DNA of 64,000 nucleotides from Octopus sinensis (lineage: Eukaryota), in the NCBI RefSeq assembly GCF_006345805.1, contig NC_043006.1, forward strand, positions 17,732,001-17,796,000, in the 5' to 3' direction. Made by a program: the position numbers and the translations under genes. Positions 51,108-63,100 of the stretch are shown here, piece by piece (within the stretch, counting starts at the first letter, position 1; each line of letters begins with the position of its first letter). Below the pieces are notes generated by a model. That model saw only the letters and a program-made list of their open reading frames with translations. It did no database searches and was not told the DNA's origin.

Positions 51108-51232
51108 GTGTTACAAGACATGTTGGTGATGCCATCAGTGATCTCACTACCAAAGCTAAGAACAAAGTTGTGGCTATTGGAATTGCATCTTGGGGGATTG
51201 TCGAGAACAAAGAATTATTAATTGGCAGTGAT
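51108..51232 (+). CDS. TRPM: TRPM channel coding exon (MHR1/2)
   Basis: TTACAG acceptor (AG 51106-51107) and GTATGT donor at 51233. Completes the split Gly codon and reads (G)[41 protein letters not shown], homologous to GVIRHVGDAL...IGIAPWGIVEN..DLIG.D. 125 bp, ends in phase 0. Confidence 0.96.
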
Positions 51233-51660
51233 GTATGTCATTTATTTTATTCCTTTCACAAAAAATTTTCCTAATTATTATATTTAGTCTCTTATAAAAA
51301 GAATGAAATTCTAACTCATTGTTAAAATATATTATTCAATTTTTTTTTTTTTAATTGACATGTTATGGTTGTTTTATATTACTTTTGGAAGACCCTGTAG
51401 CACATATGTATAGATTTCATAACAGCACAAATAGATATTGTGCTTTATACATTCTGCTGTTTTCATTATCTTAGATTTAATTACAGAGCTTAAATAGAGT
51501 TCATGTTAAATTTGATTTTAATGTAGCTGGAGCAGCAGAATTGGATAATCAGCTTACTGATTGTAGAAATAAACTGAAAACTGATTTTCTTTTAGTTGAA
51601 CATTTTTTTAGTTAATTAATTGCTATATTATTCAACTAAGTGAAAAACTACTAAGAGTAT

Positions 51661-52060
51661 AGGCGCAGGAGTGGTTGTGTGGTAAGTAGCTTGTTTACCA
51701 ACCACATGGTTCCGGGTTCAGTCCCACTGGATGGCACCTTGGGCAAGTGTCTTCTACTATAGCCTCGGGCCGACCCAAAGCCTTGTGAGTGGATTTGGTA
51801 GACGGAAACTGAAAGAAGCCCGTCGTATATATGTATATATATATGCGTGTGTCTGTGTTTGTCCCCCTAGCATTGCTTGACAACCGATGCTGGTGTGTTT
51901 AGGTCCCCGTAACTTAGCGGTTCGGCAAAAGAGACCGATAGAATAAGTACTGGGCTTACAAAAGAATAAGTCCCGGGGTCGAGTTGCTCGATTAAAGGCG
52001 GTGCTCCAGCATGGTCGCAGTCAAATGACTGAAACAAGTAAAAGAGTAAAGAGTAAAAGA
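51661..52060 (+). mobile_element. CORE-type SINE (family A), 428 bp downstream of a TRPM donor
   Basis: Full-length copy with AAGAGTAT on both flanks. Confidence 0.92.
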
Positions 52061-52161
52061 GTATATGCTGTGTAGAAAAGTTATCATTTTAATGTCTTCT
52101 TTTCCCGTACTTCCGTGGGTGAGTTAGATTTTTGTTGAGACTGACTTCCCATTGCATGATA

Positions 52162-52192
<31 letters not shown>

Positions 52193-53564
52193 GATTGCCA
52201 AACCCTTACTTGCTTCCAAGCAAGGTAATATTTACCTATGACTAGCCATATTATTCCAGGAGACTGAAATTGAATAAGAACTGCTTGTTCTTATGACACT
52301 GACACTTATTTACAACTCCCACACAATGTCAAAACAATAACACTCACAGCAATCTTCTTTCGGTTTCCAGCAACCAAATCCATTCACAAAGCCTTGATTG
52401 GATGAGGGCTTCAGTATAAGCAGTTCGTCCTAGATACCATGCAGTAGGACTGAACCTGAAACCATATGCATGTGGAGCAAACTTCTTTTATTCATTAAAT
52501 TTACCATGTGGGCACCACATAGATAAGGTAGCTTTGTGGGCAGGACATAGACATTGATGAGGCGAATGATTATGATACAAAAATGATAAAGATGGGAGAA
52601 GACAGAAAGCGCCTGTCGACCCTCTGCTTCTCTAAAACATTGCTCTTTAAAAACATCATATACAGAGGCATCAACCCTCTTACAATTTAAAATACAATAT
52701 ATTTGGACTAAAAAGTCCATACAATTATAAAACACAATTTATATGCAAATTGGTGGCGATAAACCTCTACAATCTTTCCCCGGGTATTTTTCTTGCAAGT
52801 TGCAGGCATTCCTACAACCGCAATCCGGGTCTCCAAAAAACAATTCTATAATTCTTGTTTTTACACGAGTCAGTTATATGATCACAGTACTTTCCTTCCA
52901 GCACCAGAGCTGGAAACTTCTTAATCACACAACCAGTGGAATTTAATATGATTCCTAGAATAGATAGATGAGTACATTATCTTCAGAAGGAAAGGTGCCG
53001 TACTAAATTCATAGATGTGGTTTAAGAGAAGTTGATGTAGCTTATGTTTATATATATATATATATATATATTCTAATTGGGAAAGAGACAATGAAATTGC
53101 TTGCTGTTGAAAAGATTCTTTTGAAGTAAATTTGACAGGTTCAGACACGTTTTATACAGCAAATAAAATAAGACAAATATTAATCCTTTTGTTACAATAT
53201 TTCTTTTGAAATACGCTGCCTTTGTTTTAATTATTTTTGAAAATAAGAAGAATCCATTAAAATAGTTTTGTCATTATTATGCTGATGTTTGGAACATAAA
53301 TTAAATTGAAATTTTGAAGGTTGATTTTAATTTAGGTTTTTTTAAAATAGGAAGTTTGTATCAGAGAACCAGGGGCAGTCTTGGGTAGGTTGGCACCAAA
53401 AGAGGTTAACGTGGACTTGGAAAGAAAACAAAGAAATTTTTGGCTAATTTATTGGAAAGAAATTGATTGGGTATCATAGCATGCATGTAAAATATTGCAT
53501 CAGTGGTAGAGTAAGAACAAAAAGAAAAGAGAGAGAGAATCAAAGTTTGTGTGTATTTATCAAA

Positions 53565-53594
53565 TCTATATATATAAAGCTGAAGTTGTCTGTG

Positions 53595-53629
<35 letters not shown>

Positions 53630-53986
53630 CAGCTTTGGTAGCCTTCAACCAACATTATCTCCTCTGAGACCCTGCAGCGCAAGTTGACCAAAATTGAGAG
53701 TATGATAGAAGAAAGCTTGCTCTGCATTCTGTAGAAGATAAAATTCAAATCGGACTGTGTTAACACCAAAAATTATTTACATCAAAAAGGTGCTTTTCTA
53801 CTATGAAAGTCCCTATTTTTTTACGATTCTTTTTATTGCTGTGTCACCATTTTTCAGTGTATTTCAACCTGAAAAATGTTCACTTTAAGAGAATAACAAG
53901 CTACATAATGCAAAAGTTTTACTTTTCAAAAATTCCAATTCTAAAGGGTCGAAAGAAACCCGAGCAATGCCGGGGGACACAGCTAG
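53565..53986 (+). mobile_element. 422-bp non-autonomous Helitron
   Basis: A|TCTATATATATAAAG start, internal (GT)n, subterminal hairpin CCCG-AGCAATGC-CGGG and a CTAG|T end. Inserted between A and T with no TSD, which are the Helitron hallmarks. Confidence 0.85.
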
Positions 53987-54839
53987 TAATTTATAAGAAT
54001 GAGAGCAAATATTATATATCTAGTTGACTGAACCTAATAATCATGACTGCATGCTGAACTGATACAGTTAACTTGATCTTGCATGTAGTTGTACTCCCAG
54101 CTGGTTAACCAACTAATTTCTGGGCATGTGCTTTGCATATAAAGGAAAAAAAGCTAGGATTTTCCACGATGGAGAACAACACAATAATTAAAATCAGAAT
54201 GTGAAAGCATGAATGTATATTTCTTCACAAAGGTGTGGGCAAAATATTGAACAGCAATGAAACTGTTTCATTTTTAGCTTAACTTCGCTAGAAAGTATAT
54301 TGAACATGATTCATTTTCATCTTTGTTTTAATGTATATGATGATGATGATGATGATGAATATGAGTAGGAGGAGGAGGAAAAGGAGGATTTTCCATGCTC
54401 GCATGGGCCAGGCAAAAGTATGTTGAGACAGAATGTTCTACCTGCCACCCCCACCCCTGTTCTCATGGGAGATAACAGCCTCCCAGTATTTTCAAACAGC
54501 CTGGACATGTTTATGCGGAGAATTGGAAACAAACAATGCCTTTTGTTTTACAAAAATTGCACAACATACCAAGACTTGTCATGAAGCTCTGAAATGCTTT
54601 CACAATAGACTACAAGCAAACAACATCATTGGCAAAGCCATTGTTTACAACAAGTGAACAAACACACAAGCACACACACACTGAACTTCCTTCACTTCCC
54701 ATTTATTAATCCATTCACAAGGCTTAACTATCTTGGGGCTATCATAGAAAACACTAGCCCAAGGTGCCCCACAGTAGGACTGAACTTCAAGCCACTTGAC
54801 TGGGAAGCAAACTTCTAAGACCATTTTAGATTTCAGTTA

Positions 54840-55180
54840 GCTTCATCCGAGCATGATCGTTGCCAGAGCGGCTAACTGGCTTCCTTGCCGCTGGCATGTA
54901 AAAGGCACCATTCAAGCGTGATCGTTATCAGTATTGCCTTACTGGCACCTGTAAAAAGATTCGAGCAAGGTCATTGCCAGTACCGCCTGACTGGCCCTCG
55001 TGCCGGTGGCACGTAAAAGCACCCACTACACTCTCAGAGTGGTTTGTGTTAGGAAGGGCATCCAGCTGTAGAAACTTTGCCAGATCAATATTGGAGCCTG
55101 GTGCAGCCATCTGGTTCGCCAGCCCTCAGTCAAATCGTCCAACCCATGCTAGCATGGAAAGCGGACATTAAATGATGATT
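54840..55180 (+). mobile_element. RTE 3' UTR fragment, intronic
   Basis: GGCAC repeat units, the terminal module and a GATGAT tail. A similar copy lies at 59058-59322. Confidence 0.8.
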
Positions 55181-57735
55181 TGACTAATTTAAATACAAAT
55201 AACTACATTGAAAGTATTACAAGTTTAAAACTAAGCTACATTTTATTTGAAATGTACTCTTATGCTGTGTGTTTTATAAGGTAACTTGATCTAAAAGTCA
55301 GCAATTGATTTTAACAGATGCAGTGAAGTAAAATCGATTAAGTCACAGCAATTGAATTTAATTTAACTGTATTTTGAGAAGTTGTTAAACTTTATCAAAT
55401 ATTGAGTTTTGATTTCTGTCAGTCACTGGAATAAACTTCATTCCTATATTCTTTTTTTTCTTGTAAGTTTCCATATATTTTGGAAGACAGAGCTTAGTAA
55501 TTTTAAAGTGTTTGTAGTTAATATTCAGTTTTCATGTCATAACCCTTTAGTATTTAACCTGGCCATATCCTATTAGAATATTGTATTTGTTTTATGTTCA
55601 AACTGGCCAAACGCAGTCCCTTACACATACCCTACAATGTCATACTAAAAGTAAACAATCTCTAAATCAAAATCTCAAAGCAACAAGATAATTCATGATT
55701 AATTCAAAACAATGTGAATAAATAAGCATTACATATAACAGAATAATCTGAATGCTAAAGGGTTTAGTGATTATATAAAGACTTACCCTTTTGATATTAA
55801 TCTACCTTACACTGCCCAGATGTATGTTACAAATCTGTTTTAAATTGATCTAACTTTTAAAAAAATATTCAAAAATTTGATATAATTTGTTTCGAACATC
55901 AGCTTAATGATAATGAAATTATTTTACTAAATTCCTCATTATTATCAAAAATAATTGAAACAAAGTCAGTGTATCTCAACAGAAGTTTGGTAACTAAATA
56001 TTAGCCCCTTTGATACCAACTCACCTGAGGCTGATCCTAGTTCTGTGATACAAACTTCCTAATTTAACCCTTTTTAATCAAACCCACTTGTGACCGACCC
56101 CTGGTTCTATGATACAGATTTCTTGTTTCAAACTAATTGAAATTGAAACCTTCCACCCAAATTTTGTTAAATCATGTTCCAATCACCAACTTAATAATTT
56201 ATTTTACTAAATTCTTCATTATTTCTAAAATTAACTGAAACAAAGTTTCTGCATTTTAATAGCAATATGTTCCCAAATTCCTTATGGGTAACTATGCTGC
56301 TATTAATATCACCCCAACCATTATTATAATTATTTCTATTCTAGCTTTTTATTTTGAGTATTTTCTATAAATCCAAGGATTCTACAAGTTTTTCTACCCA
56401 TCTCTGAGCTACCCTTATTAAGCACTACTCCTTCCACTTAATGCTCTCCTCTCATCTTAGGATAACACCAATTAAATAGCCTTTCCTGAAAGCAACAGCT
56501 GCTATCTTGAAATCTCTGTAGTTTAGTATATTAATTCAAACTGGGTTTGTCTTTTGAATTTATGTATATTACACATCCAACAAGTGAAATTCATCTCATT
56601 ATGTCGCCTGTGCAGATTGCTTTGAAAAGCACACTTCCAGTACTGTATTGTACAACTTCTGTCTTTGTTCTTAAAGGAGCAGATGTTCTCTGAATATTTT
56701 ATCTTGCAATATAATTAATAATTTAATAAATGTAATAAAGATAAACTCTGCAGTTTCATTCTGTACTGTGACCAGGTGGTAAATCTGTTTTCGTTTAGTT
56801 ACTGAAATGATTAGCTATTGGAGCTTTTATGCATAAGGTGAGCCAAAATTCTGGATTCATAGGATTTTTTCCTTATATATATATATTCTTTTGATGTAAG
56901 AATTATGGTTTGAGCAAGGGTATTTGATGAAAGATTAGTAGGTCCAAATAGTTTTGGCAATAGTATCTTATAGGGGAGCAACATCCATATTCTATAATCC
57001 TTTCTCATGGCTATAGTGTAGGCATGGCTGTGTGGTTAAAAAGTTTGTGGCACAACTATATAGTTGTGGGTTCAGTTCATTTGCATGCCACCTTGGGTAG
57101 ATGTCTTTTACTCTTGCCCTAAGCTATCCATTATTTGTGGGTGGATTTGGGAAATGGAATCTATATTAAAGTTGTTTGTGTGCACCGTTTGAGTGAAGCT
57201 GATGTTGACACTTTTTGTTGATGTCACAGCAGGTTACTCTGTGCTTTGAAAGACCTTTGGAATATATAAATCCCTTACTTGAAAACTAAGTAAGGGTTGG
57301 TGACAGGAAAAGCATCTGACTGTAAAACCCTAATCAAAATTAATTTCTGTCCAAGCTATGCTTGCATAGTAAAACAGATGTTAACCCAATGAATTCATGA
57401 ACAAACAGAATTGATGGTTCTATATTTTAAAATACATTCTGATTGGCACAGGCATGGCTATGAAGTGAAGAAATTTACCTCTCAACCTCATGGTTTTGGG
57501 TTCAGTTCCAGTGTGATCTTGAGTAAGTGTATTTGACTATAGCCCAAAGCCTTGTGTATGTGTGTGTCTTGACATTATGTAGTAGTTGTAAATGAGTGTC
57601 ACTGTTGTACAACTGGTGCCATTTGTTTGCAATCTTCAGTGAAAGAATGTCCAGTCATGGGGAAATATTACCATGCTTGGAAACAGGTAAGGATGGATCA
57701 CAGAAAGGGTATCAGGCCATAGAAAAGTTGCTTAA

Positions 57736-57955
57736 CCCTTTAGTGTTTAAACCGGCCACATCCAGCCCAAATATTCTACATGTTTTATATTTGAACTAGC
57801 CATATCTAGCCTCTCACACTTTACCTACATTGAAATTCTAAAAATAAATATTCACATCATTGAGATTTCAAAGCTGTAAGATAACGTATGATTAATTCAA
57901 AACAATTTGAGTGAAAAAGCATTACATTTAACAGAATAATCAGAACACCAAAGGG
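57736..57955. mobile_element. 220-bp piggyBac-type MITE (CCCTTTAG family), TTAA TSD
   Basis: TTAA|CCCTTTAGTG...CCAAAGGG|TTAA. Relatives lie at about 55545-55765 and 49222-49416. Confidence 0.82.
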
Positions 57956-58254
57956 TTAAACAAATTCCATCTGATCTACACAAGCTTGGAAAAGTAGATG
58001 TTAAAATGATGATGATGATATTTATATAATTATGTCAATTAATTTTGCTATAACATATGATAAGGGCAACTAATGTCATAATTCAATTACATATGAAAGT
58101 CTTACATATCAATTGAAAAAGAATAAATTTTTTTTTAATTAAAGAAATTCATCTTGAATTACATCTTTGGAATTTTGCATATTATACTTAACTATATGCC
58201 TATATAGAATCAATTTTATTTTAAATATGTTTCTCTTCTTTCTGAAGGTTGAAG

Positions 58255-58286
<32 letters not shown>

Positions 58287-60094
58287 TTAAACTATTTCAG
58301 TTAACATTCCTTCAATTTATTTATGATTATGCAAGCTCTTGTGATTTACTATCACTCATGATTTTTAAGTTTATAATGACTGAATATATACTTGTAAAGT
58401 AAGTCAATTGTTTAATACCATTCTCAATCAGCTCCTTTACCACTATTTTATTAAATTCCTTAATGACTACCAGAGGACACCATATAATAATAATAATGAT
58501 AATAATAATCCTTTCTACTTAAGGCACAAGGCCTGGAATTTGGTGGGCAGGGACTAGTAAATTAAATCGATCACAGTGTTTCAGTGATACTTAATTTATT
58601 GACCCCCGAAAGGATGAAAGGCAAAATTGACCTCAGCAGAATTTGAACTAAGAACAGATGAAATGTCACTAAGCATTTCATATCCGACGTGCTAATGATT
58701 CTGCCATCTCATCACCTTAATAATAGGATAATAATGATCCTTTCTAGTAAAGGCACGAGGCCTGAAATTTTTTGTAGTGAGATGTAAGTCAATTACATCG
58801 ACCCCTGTACTTGACTGGCTGATAATTTGTAGACACTGATAGGATAAAAGGCAAAGTCAACCTTGGTGGAATCTGACCATGGAATACCACTAAGCATGCT
58901 GACATTTCTGAGAGCTCGGTGCCTTAAGTACATTTATCAATCTCAGTATTTGATTGGTACTTTATCAACTCTAGAAGGATGAAAAGCAAAGTTGACCCCA
59001 ACAGCATTTGAATTCAGAAGTAAGAGAGAGTAACCAAATATAACAAAACATTTTGTCGCCAGTGCCACTGGACTAGCTCCTGTGAAGGTGGCACGTAAAA
59101 AGCACCATTTGCGTGTGGCCGTTGCCAGTACCACCAAACTGGCCCTCGTGCCGGTGGCACATAAAAGCACTCACTACACTCTCGGAGTGGTTGGCATTAG
59201 GAAGGGCATCCAGCTGTAGAAACTCTGCCTGATCAGATTGGAGTCTGGTTTGCTAGACCTCAGTCAAATCGTCCAAACCCATGCTAGCATGGAAAACGGA
59301 CATTAAATGATGATGATGATGGTTTTGTGAAAAGCTCAAAGATTCTGTCAATCTACAGACCAATCATACATGGTAATATTGAAAAGAAGAAAGTCAACAT
59401 TTATATTTGAAAAGTGGATATAACGACTTCAATTTTTTTTCAGTTTCGTGGTAGGCTGACATTTTAATCTTGAAATATTTATTAGAATTTCTCAGGTTTT
59501 CCTCTTCTCCTGATCATAGGCCTTTTTTTAGTAAGCAACCCCTTTGTATGATTATCATATTATGCTTGACCCTCTTATTCCATATTTCTGTTGAAAAACA
59601 CTGCTTTTTTTTTTTCTATTAATTTTTGAAAATAATGAAGAATTTAGAAAAAGTAACTTTGCTATTATTTATCTGGTGTTTGAAACATTACATGAAATTT
59701 TAATGGGAGGTTGTAATTCAGATCACTTCAAAACAAGAAGTTTGCATCATAGAACTAGAGGTGATCTCAATGTAATAAAAATCAAATGCTGAGTTTGAAT
59801 CAGCAACTGTTTATTACTACAGTGCTGAAAATAAGTATGAAGTCGATAGCTTGTGAAACAAATAAATAACACCTCGCTTGAAAGTTTTGGGCTGTCACAT
59901 CAGTGTATTAGAGAAAGTTCCTTTTGAAAAAGTGTTTGTTGAATGCATCATTTAATTTATTCACATATCCCTTAGAGTAAACAATGAAAATAATAAAAAA
60001 ATTCTCGATAAATAGTTGTAGTTTTTACTTGACTTGATTAAGCACTGTTTTCAACTATTAATCTCCCTTCAGAATTTATTTTCCAAAATAATTT

Positions 60095-60480
60095 CATAAA
60101 CTTACGTGTGTATTCATTGATGCGGAGAATGTACAAAGGCTAGAGAGTACTGAGGTAAGCATGCTCTGCTGCATGTGTGATGTCAGTGTGTGCGTGAGCA
60201 ACAAAGCACAAATGAACTGAGAGAGAATCTGTGTAATGTGGTGTGTACAAGAAAAAATTGTGCTGATATGGACATGTGATGCATATGACAGATAAACAAG
60301 AACCAAACACTCCAAGAGGAGGAAAGGAAACCTGTGGAAGAGAAAGAAATAGTGATGAATGATCTAAAAATACTTAAACATTACAGAAAAAGATGATAGT
60401 AATATGTGGCAACACACCGTACTAGAGAAAATCTATCCAAGTATGGAAAAACATGCATGTAATGATGGTGATATAGAATG
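60095..60480 (+). pseudogene. Highly degraded RTE ORF2 3' remnant
   Basis: Residual similarity to the A.D..RL...E.SML..MC.VS coding region of the 15195 and 20485 copies. Confidence 0.5.
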
Positions 60481-60685
60481 CCACAACTTTACTAGCTTAC
60501 AAACTTTACTAACTTTACTAGTTTTTTTTTCCATTCAGTTTTTGATGCATTTGACCCTTTTGATACCAACCTGCCTGAGTCCACCAATGGTTCTATGATA
60601 CAAACTTCCTCTTTTAAAGTGATCAAAATTAAAATCTTCCACTAAAATTTTGTGTTAAGTTAGTTCAATAATGACTTTTCTAAAT

Positions 60686-61075
60686 ACTCTTTACTCTCTT
60701 TTACTTGTTTCAGTCATTTGACTGGCCATGCTGGAGCACTGCCTTTAGTAGTGCAAATAAATCCCAGGACTTATTCTTTGTAAGCCTAGTACTTATTCTA
60801 TCGGTCTCTTTTGCCGAACTGCTAAGTTACAGCAATGTAAACACACTAGCATCGGTTGTCAAGTGATGTTGGGGGGACGAACACATACACACACACATAT
60901 ATACATATATATAACGGGCTTCTTTCAATTTCCGTCTACCAAATCCACTCACAAGACTTTGGTTGACCCAAGGCTATAGTAGAAGACACTTGCCCAAGGT
61001 GCCACACAGTGGGACTGAACCCTGAACCATGTGGTTGGTAAACAAGCTACTTACCACACAGCCACTCCTATGCCT
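60686..61075 (-). mobile_element. CORE-type SINE (family A) inserted in a piggyBac-type MITE, 232 bp upstream of a TRPM acceptor
   Basis: Reverse-complement full-length copy. ACTTTTCTAAAT at 60674-60685 and 61087-61098. Confidence 0.9.
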
Positions 61076-61307
61076 AGTTAATAGTTACTTTTCTAAATCT
61101 TCCGTTATTTTCAAAATTTACCGAAACAAAAGCAGTATATTTCAATAGAAATATGGTAACCGAATGTTTACTTTTTTCCTGTTTTTACCAACAGATATTT
61201 TATTTAATGTTATTTAGTGTTTCTTTTGCTGCTAAGTTAAATGTTATCTTCTGATTTTTCTTTTCCATTTTTTTTCCAAAAAAAATATTATTTGATTTGT
61301 TTTTCAG

Positions 61308-61479
61308 AAAATTGTTCCTTACCATTGTGTATCATCCCCTAAGACCAACTGTGCCGTTCTGAATAGTAATCACTCGTACTTCCTCCTCATTGACAATGGG
61401 ACTGTGGGCAAATATGGTGGCGAAATTTTATTGCGGAAAAAGTTAGAGAAGTACATCAGCCAGCAGAAGATATGCATAA
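61308..61479 (+). CDS. TRPM: TRPM channel coding exon (MHR1/2)
   Basis: TTTTCAG acceptor (AG 61306-61307). Reads KIVPYHCVSSPKTNCAVLNSNHSYFLLIDNGTVGKYGGEILLRKKLEKYISQQKICI+A(phase 1), matching LN..HSHFIL.DNGT.GKYG.E..LR..LEK.IS.QKI. The likely donor GTACAT at 61480 is weak, so the 3' boundary is less certain. Confidence 0.93.
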
Positions 61480-61927
61480 GTACATAAACATTGTTTTCTA
61501 TTCAAATCCAATTTACTTTATCACCAAATTATGATACTTAATTACTGTGATTATTTTCAAGCTATTAAACATACAAGAAAGTAATGTTCCGAATACAGTA
61601 TAGCCATGAAAACAGTAGAAAGATTGGATATTTTACCCTTATAAGACAGAAAAAGTTGACAATACTTCCAACAACTAAAAACACTTTCTTTGCTGTGTGT
61701 TGTTGCATTCCAAAAAAAGCTATGATATTTAGCATTTAATTTGACCGAGATTGTTGTCAGTGGGGAGTTTAACTTAATGGTGGAGTACTCAGCTGGTTTC
61801 TGAGGGATGCGAGTTTGAGTCCCATGGCTGTCTGCTGATAACTTTTTCCATCTTATAAGGGCAAAATATCCAATCTTTCTGCTGTGTTCACAATTATACT
61901 GCATTCAAAATAATACTTTCTTGTCTT

Positions 61928-62285
61928 TGTTGTATTTAGGAATGGTCATTTTGCCAGTTTAGCCAATAAAAACACACACACACTATATATTTGGTGTTAC
62001 TTTGCTTCAGTGTTATTTATTTTTTACATTAATCTTAATCTTATTTCCGCCAGAGTTCTTTCGTCACACTCCTGTAACAACGTGAGCCATAGCCAGGCTA
62101 GCAAGAAGCTGAAGGACACTGTATTTAGTTGCCTACGGAAAACCGTGACGACTCAACAGTTTCAGATTATTAAACAATGTGTCTAATGTAAAAAATAAAT
62201 AACGCTGAAGCAAAGTAACACCAAATATATAGTGTGTGTGTTTTTATTGGCTAAACTGGCAAAATGACCATTCCTAAATACAACA
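61928..62285. mobile_element. 358-bp long-TIR MITE with TGTTG...CAACA ends (Ginger-like)
   Basis: Arms 61928-62031 and 62184-62285 differ by one substitution and one CA unit. No TSD is evident. Confidence 0.85.
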
Positions 62286-62781
62286 ATATCTGTTTCAACA
62301 CACGATTTCACATCAAAAAATCATGCAAAACAAATATATAAACGTAACTTTCTTGTCTGTTTAATACAAAATACATTTGACACTTCTGAAAACAAAAAAA
62401 GTTTGTTTACAATATGTTGTTTTTACCAATCATTGTGCTAATTTTAGAAGAATCTCTATTGTTTTTTTATTTTTTTCATTTGGTCTTTAGATCAATTTGC
62501 TTGATGATATAAGTATTCCTTTGTATTTTGTGTCAGTATAGTCTGGCAGATGTAGAATTCCACAATTTCCCATGAGCTAATTTCCCCTTTGTAGTTTTGA
62601 TATATTTAATAAAAAGTTCATGGTGTAGCTGTGTGGTTAAGAAGCTCACTTTGCAGCCACATGGTTTTGAGTTCAATTCACTGTATAGCACCCTCAGCAA
62701 ATGTCTTCTAATGTAATCCCAGGCCAACAAATGTCTTGGGAATGAATTTGGTAGATGGAAACTGTGTGAAACATTGTCACG

Positions 62782-62834
<53 letters not shown>

Positions 62835-62981
62835 GACTACCTGTAACCCATTGGTTCACCAGGAAAGTCTGAGTTTCCCAGCAATAGAGTTTTGCTTCAT
62901 GGTTTTTCCAGGTTTTTACACATGCTTTCAACGAATGTGACATCGAAATCATGAGTAAACAGCTCCTTTCCCCAGAAAAGG

Positions 62982-63100
62982 AAAGATTTGGCTGCTATTT
63001 CTTGCACGCCCTGCTACCACGTAACAGGTATTTTGGGTCCTTTATCACAAATAGCTGTTACGTGGTAGCAGGGTGTGCTAGAAATAGCAGCCTAATCTTT
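62982..63100. repeat. Inverted repeat, 46-bp arms with a 27-nt spacer
   Basis: 62982-63027 versus 63055-63100 differ at three positions, one of which is a G-U wobble in the sense RNA. Confidence 0.9.
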
